Shown: positions 1 through 14,427, counted from the first letter of the stretch. The stretch: 64,000 nucleotides of DNA from the human T2T-CHM13v2.0 reference genome, Homo sapiens (GCF_009914755.1 NC_060941.1); one strand, 5' to 3'. Numbers and translations are program-made. The notes: generated by a model from the letters alone, not told the origin.

Positions 1-2509
1 TTTGTGAAATGTCTGAGTTTTTTGTCCATTAAAAATTATTATTTTTTAACTTTTACTTTTGGGTTGTAAGAGTTGTTCATATATTCTGGATTCAAGTCCT
101 TTGTCAGACACATGTATTGTAAATATTTTGTCCATACCACCTATAGTCTGTGGCTTACCTTTTCATTTTCTTAATGGTATCTATTTTTTAAAATCAACTT
201 CAGAAGATATAATTTATATACAATAAAATGCATCCATTTTAATGTTCAATTTAATAAATCTTTAGAAGTGTATACACCCTTGTAACAACTACCCTAATCA
301 GATATAGAACATTTCCATGAATCCCCAGAATTTCCTATTTGCAGTCACTGCCTCCCTGCCAACCCTCAGGCAACCCCCAATATGCTTTCTGTTGTTATAA
401 ACTAGATTTGCCTGTGTTAGTGTTGTATATAAATAGAATCAGACAGTATGCATTCTTTTGTGTTTGGCTTCTTTCTCTCAGCGTAATGTTTTTGAGATTC
501 ATTCATGCTTTTGCACGTATCAGTAGTTCATTCTCTTTTATTGCCGAGTTTTACTTCTTCCTTTCTAGTCTTTATTATTATTTTTATTTCTTTTTCTTAC
601 CTTGCTGTATTAGCTAGAAACTCCAGTATCATGTTGGAATAAAACTGGAGAGAGAGGATATCTTCCCTTTTTCCATCTTAGGAAGGAGGGTTCATTATTA
701 CACCATAATATATTAGGAATATATTTTTCTTAGATGTGCTTGTCACATTGAGAAAGTTCTGTCTTATTTCTCATTTGCTGAGAGTTTTTATCATCAGTGA
801 TATATATTTTGGCAAATATACTTTCTACTTCTATTGAGATGATCACATGATTTTTCTCCTTCATTCTATTAACACAGTGAATGGTATTGATTGATCTGAA
901 GAAGCTGAACCCAACTTACACTCCTGGGATAAACTCCACTTAGTCATAATTTATTATCCGCCTTATATGTTGCTCTATTCAATTTGCTAATATCTTGTGG
1001 AGGTTTTTTGCATCTATGTTTATGAGGCATATTGTATTTAATTTACTTTTCTTATAACCTCCTTGTCAAGTTTGGGTATTGGGAGTGTGCTGACCTCATA
1101 AAATTAGTTATCAAGTGTTTCCTCTTTCTCAATTTTTTGAATTTGTACGGACTTGGTACCATTTCTAACTTAAATGTTTGATAGAATTTGCCAGTGAAGC
1201 CATCTGGACCTGGTGATTGTGTGTATGCGTGTGAAGATTTTTAATTATGAATTCAACTCTTTTAATAGATACAGAGACATTCAGATTTTCTATTTTTGTT
1301 CTTGTGCTAGTTTTGGTAAGTTGTGTTTTTTCCCCAAGGAATTTGTTCATTTCATCTAGATTTTTGAATTTGTGGGCATAAAGTTGTATGTAATATTCTT
1401 ATCATTTTTTAATGTCTGTAGGATTTACAGTTATGTCTTTTCATGTCTGATTACTGGTAATTTGTATTCTATTTTTCCTTATTGTTAATAATTTCTAATT
1501 TCATTATGTTTTGGTCAGAAAACATCCTCCCCATGGTTTCATTTCTTAAACATTTATTGAGATGTTTTTATGATACTGGACAAGAAAAATAAATCAATGT
1601 TCGATTTTGTTGAATGTTCCACGTGCACCTGAAAAGTATATGCATTCTGTAACTGTTGGCGTACTGTTTTACAAAAGGCAATTAGGTTTAGTTGTTTAAT
1701 ATTGTTGCTCGGATCTTCTATATCTTTACTAATTTTTTCATCTGCTTACTAATCAGTTATGAGAGAGGAGTATCAAAACATCTAACTATGACTATGGACT
1801 TGTCTGTTTCTCCCTTTAGTTTTCTCAATTTTTGCTTTGGGTATTTCTGAAACTTATTAGGCATATACATATTTAGGATTGCTACATCTTCTGGATGACT
1901 TGACCCTGTCATCATTGTGAATAATCATCTCATACAATGTCCTTGTTTTGAAGTTTACTTTGCATGATAACAGACATGGCAGCTTTATTCTCCTACTATT
2001 TATCTTTTTCCATCTACTATTTTGTTTTCATCCTTCTACTTTTAACTGTCAGAATCTTTATATATTTAAGGTACATCTCTTTTTGAATGTGTTTTTAAGG
2101 TACATCTATTTGAGTGTTGTATCTTATCCTGTCTGACAACCTCTCTGCCTTTTAATTGGAAGGTTTGATCTATTTACACTTAATGCAATTTTTGATATAG
2201 TTCGGTTGAAGTTATCATGTTGTTCTTTGTTTCCTATTTGTACCGATTTCTAGTTCTCCTTTTGTTCTCTCTCTTCTGACTCTTTTTGGGTTAATTGAAT
2301 ATTGTTTTAGTAGTTCATTCTGTTTTCTCCATTGAGTTTCAATTTATAGCTCTGTATTATTATTCTTAGTTGTTGCTCCAGGATTTACAATATTCATACT
2401 TAACATCACAATATACCTTGAATTAATATTATGCCAGTTCACATATAATTCTATTTATATTGCTTCTGTGTCATATATTTTACTTCTACATCTGTTATAA
2501 GCACTATAA

Positions 2510-2823
<314 letters not shown>

Positions 2824-3063
2824 ACACTGTTAATATTATTTTTGCCTTAAGCAGCCAGTTGACTTTTAAGGAAGAAAGAAAGTTACGTTTTATATTTATC
2901 CACATATATACCATTTTCATTGTTCATCATGCTTCTTACAGATCTGAATTTTCCATTTGATATCATTTCCCATCATGCTGAAGAATCTCTTTTAACTTTT
3001 TTTTTTTAGAATGGGTTTACTTATGGCAAAATTTCTCAGTTTTCATTTAAATATACAATGTTG

Positions 3064-4618
3064 GGCTGAGCATGGTGGCTCATGCCTGTAATCCCAACAC
3101 TTTGGGAGGCAAGGCCGAAGGATTCCTTAAGGTGAGGAGTTCAAGACCAGCCTAGGCAACATAGTGATACCGATGGCAGTGGCTGCTTACATTATGCCGG
3201 CTGCAGCTGTGCAGCTGTGTAGCTGGGGCTGCACACTCCGTAGAGCCAGTGGGAACCCTGACCCTTCTGAGTTAAGACTGGAGCTCCCCATGCCACTGCA
3301 CCCACAGCTGCAGACCCAGGCCTCCTGTAGCTCCTGGGCGGGGCTACAGCCGCCCAAACTGCAGCTGTGTATCTGAGCCTCCCTGTGCTCTTCTGGGAGC
3401 TGGCAACAGGCAGGATCTGCCTTCCTGGGGGTGCAGCTGCAACTGCGGCACCCACGGCTGCAGACCTGGGCCTCTCACTCCAGCAAGCAGGCAGGAGCAG
3501 GGGACAAGTGGGAGCCCTGCCCCTTCCAAGTTGGCAGGTGGGAGCTCCCAGGTACAGCTGCAGCTGCCCTCCCAGGTGCAGGATCTGGGCATCTCTGCAG
3601 CCTGCACCCTCAGTGGCCCCAGAAGGGACCACCCCAACCCATCCCTGCAGGCTGGTGGGTGACTCCTCCCACTGCCTGGCCTCTCTATGCTCTTGGAGCC
3701 TCCTCTGAACTTGGAGCAGGGTTGGGGCCATGAATGACAGCAGGAGGCAGATTGATTCCTGGCAGGAAGGGGATGGGTCCCCAGTAAGGCCCCACCTTCA
3801 GACCAGAGAAGGCCTGAAGGCTGTGGGAGGGACTGCCAGTCTTGCTCACTGGAGTTGGGACTCAGGGTGCCCCTTCCAGGCCCACCCATGGGTGCCCATG
3901 CATGAATCGGCACACACTTCCTCCCCTCTGAGGTCCATAAAAGCCCTGGGCTCAGCCAGAGCAGAACAGAGAATGGCCAGAGGACCAAGAGGTCAGAGAG
4001 ACAAGGGGACAGGACGACCAGCTGCAGAGAGGAGTACTCTCTCTGCTGATAGCGGAGACGATGAGATGATCAGCTGCAGAGAGGTGTACCCTCTCCACTG
4101 AGAGCTGCAGAGATGGCCTGCCAGCAGAGAGGAGCTACCCTCCAGGGCCTCCTCGCTGCTGAGAGCTGAGCACTCGATGGGGTGAGCTGCCTGCAGAGAG
4201 GAGCTACCCACTTCTCTGAGCTCTTCTAACACTAAATAAAACTCCTCTCCTTCTCCTCCTTCTTCTTTTTCTTCTTCTCCCTTCACTTGTCTGCATCCTT
4301 CATTCTTCCTGGATGCAGGATAAGAACTCAGGCAAAGGCACCGTGGCCACAGAGGTTTCCAGCCAGAAAAATCGGCACCCTAGAGATCCTGTAACAATAC
4401 CCTGTCTCTAGCAAGTAAAAAATATAGTCAGGAGTGGTAGTGCACCCCTGTAGTATCAGCTACTCATGAGGCTGAGGTGGGAGGATCGCTTGAGCCCAGG
4501 AGTTCAAGGCTACAGTGAGCTATGATTGTGCCACTGCACTCCAGCCTGGGTGACAGAGCATGAGACTCCTCTAAAACAAACAAACAAATAAACAAACACC
4601 CAAAACCAACTTAAAAAA
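3064..4618 (+). mobile_element. AluJ split by an LTR (left part 3064-3170, right part 4397-4618)
   Basis: ggctgagcatggtggctcatgcc...ggcaacatagtgatac, then after the LTR ataccctgtctcta...gagctatgattgtgccactgcactcc and an (AAAC)n tail. Confidence 0.9.
3171..4396 (+). mobile_element. MER52-family ERV1 solo LTR
   Basis: GC-rich 1.2 kb starting cgatggcagtggc (TG>CG) and ending tgtaaca; AATAAA near 4235; agctgcagagaggag repeats; 4-bp TSD ATAC (3167-3170, 4397-4400). Confidence 0.8.
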
Positions 4619-6289
4619 CCTATAATGTCTTAGTTTTTTTTTGTTATTTTTGAAACATTTTGGCTGTAGATAGAATTCTAGGTTGATAAGTGTTTTCTTC
4701 CAGAATTTCAAAGGTGTTATTCCTCTGTCTTCTGGCCTCCATTGTTTCTGATGAGAATCAGTCATATTCTTTTTATTGTTCCCTGCAGGTATTATGCCCC
4801 CTTTTCTCCCTCTGGCTGCCTTTGTGCTTTTCTCTCGGTCTTTGCTTCTCAGGATTTAAACTACATTATGCTTAACTGTGGCTTTCTTTGTAGTTATCCT
4901 GCTTGGGGATTCTTGAGAATCCTGGATCTATGAAATGATGCTTTTGAACAAATTTGAAAAAATATTAGCCAGTATTTCTTCAACTGTTTTTCTGCCTTAT
5001 TCTGTCTCTCCTTTCAGGGATACCACTTATATGCATGTTGGAGTACTTGACACTGTTCACAAGTCATTGGCGTTCTATTCCCTTCCATTAGTCTTTTTTC
5101 TCTTTATGTATTATTTTAATAATTTTTATTAACCTGTGCTCAAGTTTGGCATTCATTTATTATTTTGTAACCAATCTTCTATTGATTCCATGCAACAATT
5201 TGTAAATTTCAGATGGTGTGATTTTCAGTTCTAGGGCTTTCATTTTTTTAAAGGTTTCCATATCTTGACTAAAAGTTTCTCATTATTTACATCTTTTTCT
5301 GCAATTATTTAACATGTTTATGATTGTTATTGTAAAGTTGCTGTTTTCTAATTCTAACATTGGGGTTATATGTAGATCTATTTCTATTGGTGGTTTATTT
5401 TTCTTTTCCTGTTTTCCCTCTTCATGTGTCTAGGAGTTTTTGATTGTATACTAGGAGAGAGTCATTTTTATTAGATACTGAACATTTCAGATAACTATTT
5501 TTGGTGACTCTGGGTAGATTATCTTTCTCTGAATACTGTTGAGTTTTGTTCTAGTAGGTGGTTAAATTAATGGTGAACTACTTTGATTTCATGGAGACAT
5601 TATTTAAGGCTTTGTTTAGAGATAGGTATATTTTAGTTTTGTCTTTAGTCCTGGGGTTTAGCCCCTGGTCTTGGGAAGCGATCTTAACTCCTAAGGAACA
5701 ACACTTCTGGGTTTAATGGAAAGCCTGAGTTGTTCATCAAGATTTTCTAATTTGGTGAGACTTATATTGTAGCCTATCTCCCCATGCAATGGCAGCAACT
5801 GAAATTACTGCTCAGCTCTTTCAACTGTTGTCATCCCCCTGGGCTTTTTAGACTCTCTCCCTATCCACATACAGTTCAAAGTTCAACCTAGATTTGTGTA
5901 AAAATTTGAGGGCTCCTCCTCTGTGGGTTCCTCTTTTCTAGGATTTTCCCTTCCAATTTTCAGCCTTTCTGGCAACCCTGAATACTGATTTCTGGTTTCT
6001 TAACTTAATGCCTGCTGATTTGTGGTTGAGCTCCATCCCCAGTATTCCCTTAGAACTTTGAAATGCCCTCAAGGGAGAACTCAGGTAAATAAACCTGTGC
6101 TGTCCAGTTTGTGCCTGGTTTTGGTCTCTCTCCGGTGCTGTCAAATAGTAGTTTTAAAATATTTTGTCCACAGTTTATGATTGCTATTTCCAGGAGAGTT
6201 AGTCTGATATTAGCTTCTCCACCATTACTGAAAACCAAAAGGCTTTATACTTACTTGAATATTTGCAGGGCTCTTTTTTTAGGTAGATG

Positions 6290-6420
6290 TTCCTATTATC
6301 ATGTTATTGATGAGGAAACTGAGTTTCAGGAAGGTTAAGTAGCCTGTGCAAGATCACATAGTGATCTTGTGAGGGGCAGAGTCAGCAGATTTCAGATCCT
6401 AAACTTGTGCTTGCTAGTGA
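6290..6420 (-). mobile_element. MIR
   Basis: MIR core gatgaggaaactgag...ggttaagtagcctgtgcaagatcaca. Confidence 0.65.
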
Positions 6421-6499
6421 CCCAGTGCCACAATGCCCCATAGGTCAAGGAAATCGATGGGAGGGATGGAGAAACCCTCCATGGAGCACTTTTCAGACA

Positions 6500-6783
6500 T
6501 TATTTATTTAATTAGTTAGTTTTAGAGACAGAGTCTTGCTTTATCACCCAGGCTGGAGTGCAGTGCCATGATCATAGCTCACTGCAACCTTGAACTCCTG
6601 GACTCAAGCGATCTTCCCGCCTCAGCCTCCCAAGGAGTTAGGACTACAGGGATGTGCCACCACAGCCAGCTAATTTTTTGAACTTTTTTTTTTGGTAGAG
6701 ATGGAGTGTTGTTAGGGTCTCAATCCTCCTGCCTCTGCCTCCTAAAGCACTAGGGTTACAGGTGTGAGTCATCATGCCCAGCC
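6500..6783 (-). mobile_element. AluJ with internal deletion in the left arm
   Basis: gatcatagctcactgcaaccttgaactcctgg (J-type); segment missing after gttagggtct. Confidence 0.85.
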
Positions 6784-7028
6784 TTTCTTTTGTTTTTCTC
6801 TAACTGCCCTGTTCTTCCTTTCCCATGAAGCCTTGCTCTACTTTGTCATGTTCCTCTTTCTTTTCAGTTTGTGAGCTAAACAGGCTTTCACAGAGATTTC
6901 CTGTATGACCTTGAATAAGTCACTGCTCCCCTCTGGACCTTAGTTTCTCATCTGTAAATAAGAAGGAATTGGGGGCTAGACACCACCAAGTCCCATTCAA
7001 GTGTTGATATTCTATGATTTAGAATCGG

Positions 7029-7224
7029 AGGGAGAAGGGTGGGAGGAGGGAGAGGAGCAGAAAAGATAACTATTTGGTATTGAGCTTAATAACTAGGTGA
7101 TGTAATAACATGTACAACAAACCCCTGTGACATGTTTATCTATGTAACAAACCTTCACATGTACCCTCAAACCCCAAATTAAAAAAAATTAGCCAGGTGT
7201 GGTAGCAAAAAAAAAAAAAAAAAA
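7029..7224 (+). mobile_element. 5'-truncated old L1PA/L1PB 3' end with a short Alu-like extension and A18 tail
   Basis: L1 3'UTR motifs (tgtacaacaaacccctgtgacatg, tgtaacaaaccttcacatgtaccc); TSD agaatcgg (7021-7028) / agaattgg (7224-7231). Confidence 0.75.
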
Positions 7225-7689
7225 GAATTGGTTGGATCCCCTACATTGCTCAATATTGGATCCATGAACACACAATCTGGATTTTGGAAGGACTAATCAT
7301 GCCTTTTGGGCAGGGACTGGGGGTCTAAAATGATGCAGGTTAACTTTGGGGGAAACTCGTTTCTCTTCTACTAAAATGGGTTCTTACAATGGGTGGACAA
7401 TGAATGTAGCTGGTGAAGCTCTGGAGATGGGCCAAGGTTTGTTCAGGGTCAGCCACTTCCCCCTCTTTTTTTTTTTTTTTTTTTTTTTGCAGAGGTCATG
7501 ATTCAGATACCCCTCCAGCCCTGCTGTGGCTGGTTCATCATTTGCTCCATCAGCGTCTCTGAAGCCTCACACACAACAGCAGCTGGAAAATTACTGTGTG
7601 CACAGCACCGACTCTTGCTTACCAATGAGTGTCTGAAAGTGGGTTGGAGTATTTGTTTATCCGGGTAAGCAAAGACTCAGGAGGACCCT

Positions 7690-8065
7690 GAAGCACCATC
7701 TTCAAATATCTGAAGAACTGTCTCAGGGAAGAATTAGATTTGTTTTCTGGCATCCCAAGGGAAAGATAGACACAAGAATAGTTGTAATACGGAACGTGGG
7801 ATGATAATAACGTTTATTTTTGTTGCAGGCACTGTGGTAGGTAGGCACATTATAAGCATTGGATACATTCTGGCTCAACATAAGGAAGAACTTTCTAATC
7901 CACTGGTATAATTCAATAATAAAATCACTGTCTTGGGAGTGACTTCTCCATCACCAGGGCTGTTCAAGTAGAAACTATACAACTATTTGGCTGGGATGGG
8001 AAGAGAGAGAGATTCAAGCATTGGGTGTACAGTTAGATGAGATGACTTCCATGATCTCTTAAGCC
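7690..8065 (+). mobile_element. L3/CR1 LINE relic
   Basis: ccatcttcaaatatctgaag, aggaagaactttctaa and gatgagatgacttcc resemble the CR1/L3 3' region. Confidence 0.55.
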
Positions 8066-11000
8066 TTTGTGTCTAATCATAGACCTTAAATCTACTATTC
8101 TAATTTGAGAATGAGAGATAGCAGAATGACCCATGCAGAACCTCGAACTCCTCTCTTTCATGAGACAGCTGTGTGACTTTGGGTAAGCTACACAGCCCCA
8201 TCCCTCAGCCCCAGCTTTTAGTTTCCTTATCTGATTAAATAAGTTCAGTGCCCAGATGCTAGTAGGTACTTGCCAAGACTTAGTTCTCATCACCTTCTCT
8301 TAATAAACTCCTTCATGTTTTTCTATCCTTTCATTTATTCAACAAATATTCTAGCTCCACCTTGGCTCTCTTTACAATTTGGCTAAACAGGCCAGCAAAT
8401 CTCTGCCTTTTTGGCTTAAGTTATTTTGAGTTGAGTTTCTTGTGATAATGACTCCTGCCCGGTTCAGACATCCAAGTCAAGATGTTACCAGGAAGATGAA
8501 TCTATGGGAGTGGAGCTGGGAGAGAGATCTGGGCTACAGACATGAATGTGGGAGTCATTAGTGTATAATGAACATGTAGGGTGGATGAGCTAGCCCGGAG
8601 ATCGAGGAGAGACACCCAGGATTGAGATGCTCCTGCATGTACTTGACAACTCATCCTCCCCCACTCTTTCTCCACTGTGCTATGGAACTGGAGGCTTTGA
8701 TAATTGCTTAAATTTATGAACAGAGCAAGGAATGCAGAACTTTTGTGATTAAATACCCTGGTGCATGTCTTTCATTGCTCCACTGTCTGGAGCTTCTCTC
8801 AACAGTCGCCTTCATTTTGTAGAGAGAAGCTGATGTTTGCCCTTAACCTGCCTGGGGACATCCTTATGTTGTTCTTCAATCATTGATTTTTCCAGCCTCT
8901 CCCAGACCAAAGATCCTAAGGCACACCAGTAGGTGGCGCTGCAGCAAGCACAGCTGCCCAAGGCCTCCGCAGCCCTCGCAGCCCTAAGGGGAGTCCAGCC
9001 AATCTCCTAGGACCTTGCCAAGCTCCCTGGGCCCTTCCCTCCTTTGTGTCTGCATCCCACACTCTGAGGCTTTGACTTAGATGCTGCTGTGAGTGGATGC
9101 TGAGAAGATGATGAAACTGCCTAAGAGTATGTGGTTTCTGCTTCTGGAATGGGCAGGAAAGCATATATGAGGAGAGAGGAAAAAGGAGGGAGACAGGGAG
9201 AGATATCCACCTGGCTCACCTGATACCCACCTGGCTCTTCTGTTATGTCAGTCACTAGGCCTTCTGCCACAGGGATAGGACACGGTGCTCACAGGGCTGT
9301 TCCATGGTGCCACAGGGATTGGACATTTGCTCACATGGACCAAATTCCATTAGGCTTGGGGGTATCCCTGAGGGTTCCTGCCCAGGTGGAGGTCAGGATC
9401 CTCAGCCTTGCCTGGCCTGGCCTCCTCCCTTTCCTCACTGACCCGTGTGTCTGAGATCCTGGCTCGTCTTCCGCTGGGAATGACTATTTAAGAGCCTGTG
9501 CTCCGTGGTCAAGATTAAGCTGGCTTTGAATCTTGGCCCTGACACCACCTTAGCTGGGGGACATTGGACAAATGGTTGAGCCTCTCTGACCTTTCCTTCT
9601 GCATGAGATCAATCCTGAGATATTGGCTGCTTCAGAGGATGCTGTGATTTTTGAACATGTTAAAGTATGTGTAACCCAGATATTACCCTTGGCTGACATT
9701 TGCTCTCTGTTCTGCATAATAGGACCTGACATAAAATGCAGCCCCTTGTTAAGTTGTACAGAAGGCCCACTCACCCAAAGCATTAGAACACACAGAAGAT
9801 GTCAGAGGGAGTTGGAGGAGGGGGCTACCTCAGAGCAAAGCAAAACCTTCCACTGGAAGAGAGGATTCTACTCCTCCTTCACCTGCCTGATCCTGCTCCC
9901 TCCCCATCTTTTTCTCTCTTTCTTCTCCCTCCTCCTTTCTCTCTCACTCATGTGCTCTTACCCTTTTCCAGGAGCAGAATCAACATGTTCCTAAGCAGTT
10001 TCATCCTATTCTGAAGTCTTGGCACATGGCAACATCCTTTCCCACAGAGTCTCACTATATCATAGTATTTTCCCAAGGAAAGGAAGTTCCCTCCCTAAGA
10101 GGAATTCCGAGGCTAGATGTTAAGATATTTTTCTGCCTTGTTGTGTAACAAGATGGAACATCTCCAAGAGTGCCTGATGTATACAGATGGTGAATAAACG
10201 GCAGCCATGGTTTCACTGTGAGTCAGTATTGCCCTTCTATCTCCCTAGTTAGGAGGTTGGCTCAGGGAGTGCAGTGAGTGATGGCTGGAGCCCACCTGGC
10301 CATGCCTTTGCATCAGTCATGAAGAGACACACTCCAATGACCTATGGTTCCAATGAAGTCTCCTCTCTGGGATCTCTGTCTGTGTATTATTGGCTGGGAA
10401 GCTAGCATCCAACAGTTTGACCACTTCTTCACAATGGTGTCAGCAATGCAATGTAGTGGCTGGTGGTGTGAGAAGAGCACTATTGGGGCAGGAATTGTAA
10501 CCTCTCAGCCTAATGTATCTGCTCCACTAAATCAGGGGTCTGGACCAGATAGTTTCTAAGCTCCAGGGTCTTCAAAGTCTTTGAGTCTACATATCTCACT
10601 TACTGCCATCCAGGACAGATGGTGGTAGGTGGATGGGCTACTCTCAGATGATTAGGGTGGTCTAAATGTTTAGGTCAGAACATGCTTTCTTCCTTTTCTT
10701 TGTCTGGAGAAACCGATCAAGACGAGGCCAGCATGACCCTGGCTTAGAGCCAGCAGAAAGCCTTCTCTCTGAGAAAAACTGCCTTGGGAACGGAGGCAAA
10801 AAGTCTCCTTTGCAGTCTGTTTTTCAGACAGCATAGTCAAAAGGAGTGTTCAGCTTGCTCAGCAAGGCTCTATCATTGACAAGATAGTGCTCAACCTGAT
10901 GGACGTGTCCTTTGAAAGTGTGAGAGACAGGAGTGGGGGTGCGCCCTGGGCTGTTACCTTGTTGGGGGCCTCAGAAAGGCTTTTGTTAGCCCAACCAGCT

Positions 11001-11229
11001 GAGTGGTCCAACCTAATCATATAAAGACTTCATTAATTCCTAGGATGCGTCAGGCACAGGGCCAGACACTGGGGCTATAGAGATGAGTAAAACAGGGTAC
11101 TTGCTCTCAAGGGGCCCCTGTTTGCCTGAGCCCCTCCCGCTACCATCTTGAGGCACATCTCCAGAGCCCTGGAGCCTGTTCTCTCCCTCCTCCTCCTGCC
11201 CACACAGCTGAGGGGTGGTGGGAAGAACT

Positions 11230-11390
11230 GATGAGCTGTGTGGTCTTGGTCAAGTTACCTAACTACTCTGGGCCTCAGTTTCCTTATCTGTAAAACAGAG
11301 ATAATAATTTGCAACTCCTAGGACTTCCTGAGAGTTAAATTAGACAATAGACATGGATGCACCTTGCACAGTGTTTACATGCGTTTGTTG
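11230..11390 (+). mobile_element. MIR
   Basis: gctgtgtggtcttggtcaagttacctaactactctgggcctcagtttccttatctgtaaaa. Confidence 0.75.
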
Positions 11391-12564
11391 AGTCTGAGTC
11401 TTTAGGTTAGGAAAGCACTTATGAAAGTCCTTCATTCAAGATGGCAGTATGGTGGCTGGTCTCTTTGCCTGTCCTAATTGCCATCCTCCTCTCAGAACAT
11501 CCCCACATCTCTTCTTGCTCACTGGATCTCAGACTTTGACACATAGTGGGTGCTTGATGCTTGCTTGTTGAATGAATGAATGAGCGAGCAAATGAATGAA
11601 TTTCCCTATCCTACTTTCTCCCAGCCCCAGACCAGAGGATAAGTACAAGAGACTGCCTCCTCTAAGCCAGAACTCGGGTTCTAACCACTGGAATTGACAA
11701 TTCCCCTTTGGCTAGGGCTGGCTTAAATGCTCCTTCTGTGGGTGTCAGCTGAGTTCTGCACTCTGCTGAACCAGGCTGAAGCCAGGCAGGAGCAGAATGT
11801 CCATGCTGGTCCTCATGGGCTCTACAATGAGGTGGGCTTAGCACCAAATCACATCTGAGTTCAGGACTAGCCGATGGTCAGGATTTCCAGTGTGATCTTG
11901 GGCATGACACTCAACCTTTCTGGGCCTTTGTGCCCCATCTGTAAGGGGCACTATACTCCGAGAGGCCCTAGGTTCTAGGATCAGGTGGCCCTGTGAGGTC
12001 CCCCTGTTTCTAACCTTGTGCCTTGTCAGCTCCCCTCTTTTTCCTGCCTCCCACTATAAGTGCAAATTTCTGTCTTGCCCCACCCAGTTGGAGGGCAAAT
12101 CAGAGCCTGCTTTTTGAGCCATAATGTTCAGTTTGATGTTTTTATTGCATCCTGCTGCATGATTTAAGTGTGTTTGTATATGATTATTATTGTGCTCCTT
12201 TTAAACAATTTGGAAATCAAATCACATACTAAAATCAAATCCACCAATCAGCAGGTAACAGAGGCATCAAAGGGGTCTCAGGGGAGACATGTCCTTGTAG
12301 GCAGCACAGAAGCAGTGAGACACCCTCCTCCTGCCTCTGCCTGGCTTCAGTAAGGGTTCAACCCAGAAGGTCAAAGCAGAAAGGATGAGATCAAGAATAA
12401 GCAAAAGTCACTGTTAAGAGATGGAGCAATAACACCTGCCAGTTGGTGTCTGTGGATTAAAAGGGATTTAAGAATATTATCTCTTTTAATCCCCACAATA
12501 ACCCTGTGAGACTGGGTACTACTTGCCCAAAAGACTCACTGTAGATTAACTGATGGTATAAATA

Positions 12565-12780
12565 TAGCTGATATTTGTTGAACCTTTACTATGTGCCAGG
12601 CACTGTTCTAAGCATTTTACTAGAACCGTCTCATTGAATCCTCATAACAGCCTTATGGAATTGAAACTTTGATTGTCTCTGTTGGATACCTGGTGAGACT
12701 GGAGCCCAGAGAGGTTAAATGACTCTGGTCACATTGGACAGTAGGTGGCCTAGCTGGGATTGGAACCCAGCAGATCATAC
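12565..12780 (-). mobile_element. MIR
   Basis: tactatgtgccaggcactgttctaagc...gcccagagaggttaaatgac...gctgggattggaacccag. Confidence 0.75.
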
Positions 12781-12967
12781 TTTTTGCAACCACCTGAGAC
12801 TGCTTTGTCTAAAGAAAGAATATACCACAGCAGGGTGGAGTCCACAGGAAGCAGAGGTAATTACTGAGTGAGTGGCTGGAGGCCATTGCAGAGATTTTTG
12901 AGATAGGGATATGAGTTCTTCAGACCCCAATATGGGAAATATTGCATAGATGCATCAAACAGCTTAG

Positions 12968-13299
<332 letters not shown>

Positions 13300-14276
13300 A
13301 CATCCCCGTTTTACTGATGAGCAAACTTCAGTCACTTGCCACACTGCTAAGAAGTGGCAGAGGCAGGATTCAAAAGCAAGTTGGTCTGACCACAAGGCTA
13401 CTGGCTGGGGGTCAGGGGACATCCTAATCTTGGCTCTGCTATTAACCAGCTCTCGTCTCTAGGAGACTTAGCATTTTCATCTGCAGCATGTAGGTTCAGA
13501 ATAGATAACCTGTTGTGTAGTACAGGTGGTGGGTGCTCTATAAGGCAAACCAGGGGACTGCTCCCCATTCCCTCCAATCCTGGGCATATGGCAAACATCA
13601 CCAATCAATCACAGACACTGTCTTAGAACTTATCTAAACACTGCCATTTGATTGAAATTGGAACTGAGAGGAAATGTTCCATTTTGGGAGGCTTCATATG
13701 TAGAAACCATCAAACCACACATTGCTAAATATTCACAGAGAACAGACAAAACTTATTATGTATTATATAAAATACAGAATGTGCTCAGCATGACTTCCCC
13801 ACAAGAACAGTAACCACAACCTGCCTGCTTGTGAAGGAGTGTCCCTGACTGGCGTTTGGACAATCAGACCACACAGGGAATCACCCCATCAGAATCTGGG
13901 GATGCCCTCCTCCTGCCCTGGAATCACACACAGCTGATTGTTGTGCTGGTTGGAAGCGAAGTTGCAGTAGTAGCTGATATAGCACTTTGATGAGCAACAA
14001 AAATCAATTTAAAAAGTGAACTACCCATGGTTTGTGATGAATAAAATAATAAGCTCATATCCATTGCAAAAATGTCTATGAGTGGGAGAGAATGTGATAA
14101 GAGCAGAAAATGTGAATTGGTTATGCAAAAAAGCAACAGGATTTTTTTTTGAAAGACTATAACTTGACTCATTCTAACACGACTTTTATCTTGGGCCTTG
14201 CTGGCTCTAGATATGCCTCTGGAGCTCTGCGAGAATCCTTTAAGCTTTGATGTCATAAGAGCCTCTGCAGTTTTGT

Positions 14277-14427
14277 TTCCATCTGTCCATCCATCCACCC
14301 ACCCACCCATTATCTGTCCATCTGTTCATCCATCTACCCATCCATCCATCCATCCATCCATCCATCCATCCATCCATCCATCCAACCATCCATCCATCCA
14401 TCTTCCCATGCCCCCCACCCATCCACC
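14277..14427 (+). repeat. (CCAT)n tetranucleotide microsatellite with degenerate flanks
   Basis: Long run of ccat units visible; lies at the 3' tail of an L2. Confidence 0.95.

Noticed and set aside
3164-4286. Cluster of 97-214 aa ORFs on both strands
   Set aside because: All lie in the GC-rich MER52 LTR; no recognisable domains; stop-poor by composition.
9278-9320. REST/RE1-like motif (reverse gcaccatggaacagcc); similar at 48380-48422
   Set aside because: Wrong spacing or mismatches in core positions relative to TTCAGCACCnnGGACAG; not supportable without ChIP data.
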